From: Candidatus Zixiibacteriota bacterium
GTDB taxonomy: Bacteria > Zixibacteria > MSB-5A5 > GN15 > FEB-12
DNA: 28,394 nt
Assembly: GCA_041742355.1 (NCBI GenBank)
Contig: JBGSIV010000244.1
Location: 1 to 28,394, forward strand
Direction of reading: 5' to 3'
Shown: in pieces, positions 23,424 to 28,394 of the stretch
How positions within the stretch are numbered: the first letter of the stretch is position 1
Layout of the letters: every line of letters begins with the position of its first letter
Program-made: the position numbers and the translations under genes
The notes under the pieces: generated by a model
What the model was told of the DNA's origin: nothing
What the model saw: the letters and a program-made list of their open reading frames with translations, nothing else
Databases searched by the model: none

Positions 23424-26400
23424 ATGAAACTGGCCCTGGTCACAGTCATCTTTGTCCTCCTCGCCGCTGGCAGTCTGCTTTCTGCCGACCTCCAGCTGGT
23501 TTCGGAGACACACAGCGCCCTGCTTCGCCAGACGCTCGACCAAGCCCTGACTACACCCATTCCGGTGGCTCCCGGGCGATTCCACGAATTCGACATTGAA
23601 CTGGCTGACACTCTGGTCGCCGATACAGCTCGTTACGCCCTGGTCTTCCGGGTTTCGGAAACGAGCCAGCTTGCCCTGCACCTTGGCGGATTTGTGGTGG
23701 CCTTTCCCGACGAATTTGACCTGACCCGGGCGGAGGCAGGCGAACTGACCGATGACCATCCCGAGCTGCTCTTCACCGTCAACTCGACAGTCATTGCCAA
23801 CAATACCATTACTATCGGCATCGACAAATCACGGCTCACCAGCGGCCCGATCAATACTGACTCGACCATTGTCTTCTCTATCGTAATAGCCGATGTGATC
23901 AACACTCGCCTCGCCGGAATCTACCACCTAGCCGCACTGGCCTACGACAACGCCGGCGATATCATGGCGGGCCCGGCACTGTCGACGCCGTTTCGGGTGC
24001 ATCCGCTCGGCCTGCAGTCGCTCTGGGTGCGGCCGGCAATGGACACGACGGTACCGGCCGGAACCATGGTCTCGTTATCAGCGGGCGGCGTCGATCTCTT
24101 CGGCAACATGATTTCCGACCTCGGGGCGGTGTGGTCGCTGAAAGCCGGATCTGACCCGATCGGCGATCTGGACGGCAGCCTCCTCCTGGCTACGACTGCC
24201 GGCACGGTCAGGGTGAAAGCTTCGTACGGCGGCTTTGAAGCGGAGAGTGGCCTGATCACCGTCCTCCCCGGTCCGCTTGCTCTTATTGACCTCGATATCC
24301 CCTTGCAGCAACTGGTGGATCAGCCGCTCTTCGGACCGGTGACCGCGACGCTGCGAGACGCATACGGCAACCTTCGAACCGCTCATGACCTCGCCGCCGA
24401 ACCGCTGCACCTGTCGTGCGAGGCCGGTGTTCTTGCCCCGTCGATTCTCGATGACAACAACCTGTTCGGCAACGGCATCATAGATATTGCGGCAGCCGGC
24501 GTGACGTATCACGGTCACTCGGCCCAGACGGTTCTCACAGCCACTATCGGCGGCGTCTTTTCAAGCGGGGAAGCTGTGTCGTTCAGTGGCTATGATATCG
24601 TCGAGGTGCTCGGGGGCGACGACACCCCGTTGTCCCGGCTTCGTGCGGGCAGTATCAGTGCGGTGAAAGTGCAGGTGCGCAACAACGGACTGCTTGCACC
24701 AAGCAGGCTGGTCGGAGCGGTGTCCGCGCTGCGGGCGCACGGCGGGCGCGACTCAAGTGACGTCGCCGGCACCTCCGGCGGACGGCTCGAAACCATCACC
24801 ATGGAACTCCCGGTGGGGGCCGACAGCCTCATGCAGGACACCCTGCAGGTCCACCTCGAAACCGCCTTCTCGGTCAGCGGTGCAGAGTACCCCGTGACCG
24901 CCGAGCGGACGGTCGCGGTTGACCTCGTGCAGCCGGTGCTCCTGAGCCTCGCTTCGCCCACCGTGGGCCCCGACACGATCTACCCCGGCAGCCCGTTCCC
25001 GCTGACCTTCGCAATCCTGGCCAGCGGCCTCAACGGAGCTTCGGTCGACAGCTCCGGGCTGAGGGTGACCTTCCCCGACGGCCGAGAGCTGTTCCAGGGG
25101 CGCATCGGCCCCTCCTCCGTTTCGGGAGACACGATCTTCTACGAGAACATTCCGGCGACCCTCCAACTGGAGCAGATGCTCCCGCTCGGTTCCTTTACGT
25201 TTGAAATTGCTTACGTCCTGTATTCCGCCGGCGACCGCTTCACCTTGCAGGTGTCGGCCAATCCGACCCTTGTCCTTCCGCTGGTGGATTTGGCCTATGT
25301 TCAGGCGACGCTGTCGCCGCGCGTCGTCGCAGCAGGCAGCCAGGCGTCGTTCCTGTTCCGCGTCAACCTCGGCAGTTCCTACGAAGTGGAGGTGGTTCCG
25401 TCAACCTCCTCAATCACCGTGCAGGGGACCGCCTTCTCAGCGTCCACCAGTCTCATCAGCAGCCTCGGTCCTCTGGTGATTGGCGAGAATCTCATCCAGA
25501 CCGAGTCGGTGTTCATTCCCGAAACCCAGCTCGGTAACTTTCTATCGGCAACGGGTCTGTTGGTGCTCCGCATTCCGTCGGCCGCGGCGCTCGACACCTT
25601 CGCATTCAGTTTCGGCACGGAGACGGTCGAAGTGCGCGATCTGCCGGTGGCGCAGGTCGTCGCGCTCGAGGTGATCGCACCGAATGCCCCCAATGTCAAC
25701 ACCGGCCAGTCCTTCCAACTGCACGGACTGGTCGCCAACCTGTCCTCAACCCCCCTGGGTCCGGTCAGGCTGGCCCTCACGTCTAATGGAGCCTCCACGT
25801 TTGATTCCTCGATCGTGCTCGACCTCATCGAAGCCGAGGACACCGTTGACGTCTTCTTCGACTGCGTGGCGGCCGCGACACCGACGGCCGCGGAAATCTT
25901 CCGGCTAAACATTCGCTCGGTCCAATTGGAGCAGGTCTTCCTGCAGCCGCCCGAGGACGACCTTGCACTCGTGCGCATCCAAACACCGGCCCGGCTGGTT
26001 CTTGAGTACACCCTCTTCGGCGTGGCCAACGGCATCGTCGACCACCAATCTCCGTTCGGCCTGACGGTCGAAATCAACAACAATGGGGAGGCCTCGACCG
26101 GGTCGGGATCTTACCGTCTCACCACCGGTGGAGTCGAATTCGGAACGAACGATACACTGACCGGGACAATCCTCGTCGGGCCACACAAAGAATTTCTGTT
26201 CACTTCGCCCTCGTTCGATACCTCGGCGCTCTTCCAGTTCGACCTGCTCTCCGTTCCCTTCGACCTGAACATCGGCGCCCCGGCCGAAATCGACCGGGAA
26301 ACCTTCTCGTTCACTATTCGCGTGGAGTCCCAGGATGTCGACCTTTTCGCGTCAGTGGAGCCGCTCGGTTCGAATCTCATACGCGCTGCCGATTCCAAGA

Positions 26401-27116
26401 ACCTGTTCCGGATCTCCCTGACCAACCGCGGCACGTCGTCGCTGACGCAGGTTCGCCTTGAGAGCATCGCCCTGGACTTCAAAGACATGGCGGGCGATCC
26501 GGTGAGCGCCGCCTCGCTCGTGAATCCGGAGATGTCCGCGATTATCGAGGGGACGTCCGAGGTGCCGGTCCAACTCCTCTTCAGCGAACGGATGCTCGTT
26601 AACTTCGAGAATTTCGCCATCGCTTCGGGCCAGACCAGATCGCTCGATTTCAACCTGGGATTCACCGAACGTACCCCCAGCACCTTTGTGATTTCCTTCG
26701 GAACGCAGGATATCGACGCGGTTTTCAGCGGCGGGCCGCAGGACGGCAACCCCGTCTTGGTTCAGGGCCCCGATGGCCAGGCACTCTTCTCCCGCACATA
26801 TGTGGTCCACGGCGCCGGACTCGAAGAATCGTTTGTGATCGAAAACAACCCGTTCAATCCGCTCGAACAGCCGGCCGTATTTGCGTACGATCTGGACAAA
26901 CCCTCGCGCGTGGAGTTCCGCGTCTTCACCCTGACCGGGGAAGAGGTATACGCGGAGGATATACCCTCCGATGCCGCGCTGATCGGCGAGCGCCAGATCG
27001 AATGGGACGGACGCAACAATGAAGGCGGGATGATCAGTAACGGTGTCTATATCGTCTCCCTGCGGGTAGTGGCCACGGGGGAGACGGCCAGAATGAAAGT
27101 GGCGGTGGTGAAGTGA
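23424..27116 (+). CDS. Large secreted beta-rich/Ig-like protein with C-terminal FlgD-Ig / T9SS sorting-like domain (1230 aa)
   Basis: Sec signal peptide MKLALVTVIFVLLAAGSLLSA; Ig-like DLFGN and DAYGN motifs; CARDB-like segments; C-terminus NNPFNP..VFTLTGEEV..WDGRNNEG..NGVYIV..KVAVVK. Confidence 0.8.
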   Translation: MKLALVTVIFVLLAAGSLLSADLQLVSETHSALLRQTLDQALTTPIPVAPGRFHEFDIELADTLVADTARYALVFRVSETSQLALHLGGFVVAFPDEFDLTRAEAGELTDDHPELLFTVNSTVIANNTITIGIDKSRLTSGPINTDSTIVFSIVIADVINTRLAGIYHLAALAYDNAGDIMAGPALSTPFRVHPLGLQSLWVRPAMDTTVPAGTMVSLSAGGVDLFGNMISDLGAVWSLKAGSDPIGDLDGSLLLATTAGTVRVKASYGGFEAESGLITVLPGPLALIDLDIPLQQLVDQPLFGPVTATLRDAYGNLRTAHDLAAEPLHLSCEAGVLAPSILDDNNLFGNGIIDIAAAGVTYHGHSAQTVLTATIGGVFSSGEAVSFSGYDIVEVLGGDDTPLSRLRAGSISAVKVQVRNNGLLAPSRLVGAVSALRAHGGRDSSDVAGTSGGRLETITMELPVGADSLMQDTLQVHLETAFSVSGAEYPVTAERTVAVDLVQPVLLSLASPTVGPDTIYPGSPFPLTFAILASGLNGASVDSSGLRVTFPDGRELFQGRIGPSSVSGDTIFYENIPATLQLEQMLPLGSFTFEIAYVLYSAGDRFTLQVSANPTLVLPLVDLAYVQATLSPRVVAAGSQASFLFRVNLGSSYEVEVVPSTSSITVQGTAFSASTSLISSLGPLVIGENLIQTESVFIPETQLGNFLSATGLLVLRIPSAAALDTFAFSFGTETVEVRDLPVAQVVALEVIAPNAPNVNTGQSFQLHGLVANLSSTPLGPVRLALTSNGASTFDSSIVLDLIEAEDTVDVFFDCVAAATPTAAEIFRLNIRSVQLEQVFLQPPEDDLALVRIQTPARLVLEYTLFGVANGIVDHQSPFGLTVEINNNGEASTGSGSYRLTTGGVEFGTNDTLTGTILVGPHKEFLFTSPSFDTSALFQFDLLSVPFDLNIGAPAEIDRETFSFTIRVESQDVDLFASVEPLGSNLIRAADSKNLFRISLTNRGTSSLTQVRLESIALDFKDMAGDPVSAASLVNPEMSAIIEGTSEVPVQLLFSERMLVNFENFAIASGQTRSLDFNLGFTERTPSTFVISFGTQDIDAVFSGGPQDGNPVLVQGPDGQALFSRTYVVHGAGLEESFVIENNPFNPLEQPAVFAYDLDKPSRVEFRVFTLTGEEVYAEDIPSDAALIGERQIEWDGRNNEGGMISNGVYIVSLRVVATGETARMKVAVVK

Positions 27117-27124
27117 TCTCCGGA

Positions 27125-28394
27125 ATGCGCAAAGCAGTCGCATGGTGCGCGGGATTGATGCTGCTGGCGGGTGTGACGCTGGCCGGCGATGCCGGGCAGG
27201 AGCCACCTTTCACAGTTGGCGCGGGCGCCCGGGCGCTCGGACTCGGCGGCGGATTCACCTCGCTGGCCGACGATGCCTCCGCCTTGTACTACAACCCCGC
27301 CGGACTCTCACTGCTGGATTACCACCAGGTCTCTCTGATGCACATGACCCTGTTCGAGGGCTCGATATACGATTATGCTTCCTGGGTCTATCCGACCGTC
27401 TCGCTCGGCGGCTTTGGCCTCGGCCTGATGCGCGTCGGCACCAACGACATCATCAAACGCGAAGGATTCGTCGAGATCGGCACCTTCGACTACTCCTACT
27501 CCCAGTTTGTCGTCTCTTACGGTCGGCAGATTCGCAGTCGATTCGCCGCCGGGGCGTCCCTGAAGATCGCCTACCAGTCGCTGGACATGTACTCCGACTG
27601 GGGGGTGGGCCTTGACCTCGGGATGGTCGCCCGGCCGACCGCGAAACTCTCGCTGGGGTTGATGCTCCGCGATATCGTACCTGCTACGCTCAATCTCAAG
27701 GATGCCGAAGAAACGCTCCCGACCTCTGTGGCGGGCGGACTGGCGCTGCGCGACCTGCACCTCTCGCCCAAGGTCGTGGCCCTGCTGTCGTTCGAATTGG
27801 AAAAGATCGAGGCTCGCGACCTGCGGGTGCACTCCGGCGGGGAACTCCTGTTCGACGGCACCTATGCGCTGCGCGCCGGTTACGACCGGGACAACGTGGT
27901 GTTCGGCGCCGGCCTCCGGCAGGGACGCTTTCTGATCGACTACGCCTACAAGGTGATGGATTACATCGACGACTCTCACCGCTTCTCGCTCACCTACAAC
28001 ATCGGGGCATCGATCCCCGAGCAGCGGGCGGCCGTGCGCACCGAGGAAGTGCGCAAGGGAACCGTCCTCCTGGCCGAAGAGCGGCAGCGGCAGTTCCAGA
28101 TGTACAAAGACCGGGCCGAAATGTTCTACCAGCAGTACCGCCTTGATTCCGCCCTCACGTACTACCAGCGCGCCCTGGCATTCGACGAACAGAATCCGGA
28201 GATCATCGGGACGATCGCCGCGATTGAAAACTCCCGCCGAATTCAGCAGGAGCACGAGCAGGGACTGCGCGAACGCCAGAACGAATTGAACCTGATGATC
28301 GATACCTACATGGCGCAGGCGCGGAGCTTCTACGCCAAAGAGTACTACCCCGCCGTGCTCGACATGCTCCAGCTGATTTTCGAGATCGACCCTG
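27125..28394 (+). CDS. PorV/PorQ-family outer-membrane beta-barrel fused to C-terminal TPR-like helices (runs off the window; absent from the ORF track)
   Basis: Manual translation gives signal peptide MRKAVAWCAGLMLLAGVTLAG, motif GAGARALGLGGGFTSLADDASALYYNPAGL, GVGLDLG, LRAGY, barrel end DSHRFSLTY, then LDSALTYYQRALAFDEQN. In-frame GTG 27113 is an alternative start. Confidence 0.85.
   Translation, partial: MRKAVAWCAGLMLLAGVTLAGDAGQEPPFTVGAGARALGLGGGFTSLADDASALYYNPAGLSLLDYHQVSLMHMTLFEGSIYDYASWVYPTVSLGGFGLGLMRVGTNDIIKREGFVEIGTFDYSYSQFVVSYGRQIRSRFAAGASLKIAYQSLDMYSDWGVGLDLGMVARPTAKLSLGLMLRDIVPATLNLKDAEETLPTSVAGGLALRDLHLSPKVVALLSFELEKIEARDLRVHSGGELLFDGTYALRAGYDRDNVVFGAGLRQGRFLIDYAYKVMDYIDDSHRFSLTYNIGASIPEQRAAVRTEEVRKGTVLLAEERQRQFQMYKDRAEMFYQQYRLDSALTYYQRALAFDEQNPEIIGTIAAIENSRRIQQEHEQGLRERQNELNLMIDTYMAQARSFYAKEYYPAVLDMLQLIFEIDP

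Noticed and set aside
1..28394. CRISPR arrays, IS elements, prophage, rRNA, frameshifted pseudogenes
   Set aside because: No regularly spaced repeats, transposase, integrase or phage motifs, or broken reading frames were seen by eye.

Overview
GC-rich bacterial chromosomal window in which every supported gene is on the + strand. It has three blocks. (1) 1-11.8 kb is a late flagellar locus: flgL (3' end), fliW, a GT4 glycosyltransferase, a TPR/GT2 glycosyltransferase, a 723-aa flagellin, a 776-aa FliD, fliS, a FliT/FlgN-like chaperone, a flgM-like gene and an HDOD protein. (2) 11.9-23.2 kb is housekeeping: tRNA-Val(GAC), thrS, infC (ATC start), rpmI, rplT, pheS, pheT, zapB-like, zapA, rny, ymdB-like, folD. 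(3) From 23.4 kb to the end are a 1230-aa secreted Ig-rich protein with a FlgD-Ig/T9SS-like C-terminal domain and a PorV/PorQ-family barrel fused to TPR-like helices (truncated by the window edge). Flagella together with T9SS-like parts suggest an FCB-superphylum lineage such as Zixibacteria (inference only). The most notable unannotated structure is a hidden regulatory layer in the flagellar block. An array of GGA-loop hairpins sits where csrA usually lies (after fliW, ahead of the glycosyltransferases). The flagellin has a ~200-nt GGA-rich leader under a sigma28 promoter, and a second sigma28-like promoter is embedded inside fliS. Together these suggest a FliW/CsrA circuit coupling flagellin glycosylation to flagellin synthesis. 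The enlarged FliC and FliD also appear to share an inserted domain. No CRISPR array, rRNA or mobile element was found.
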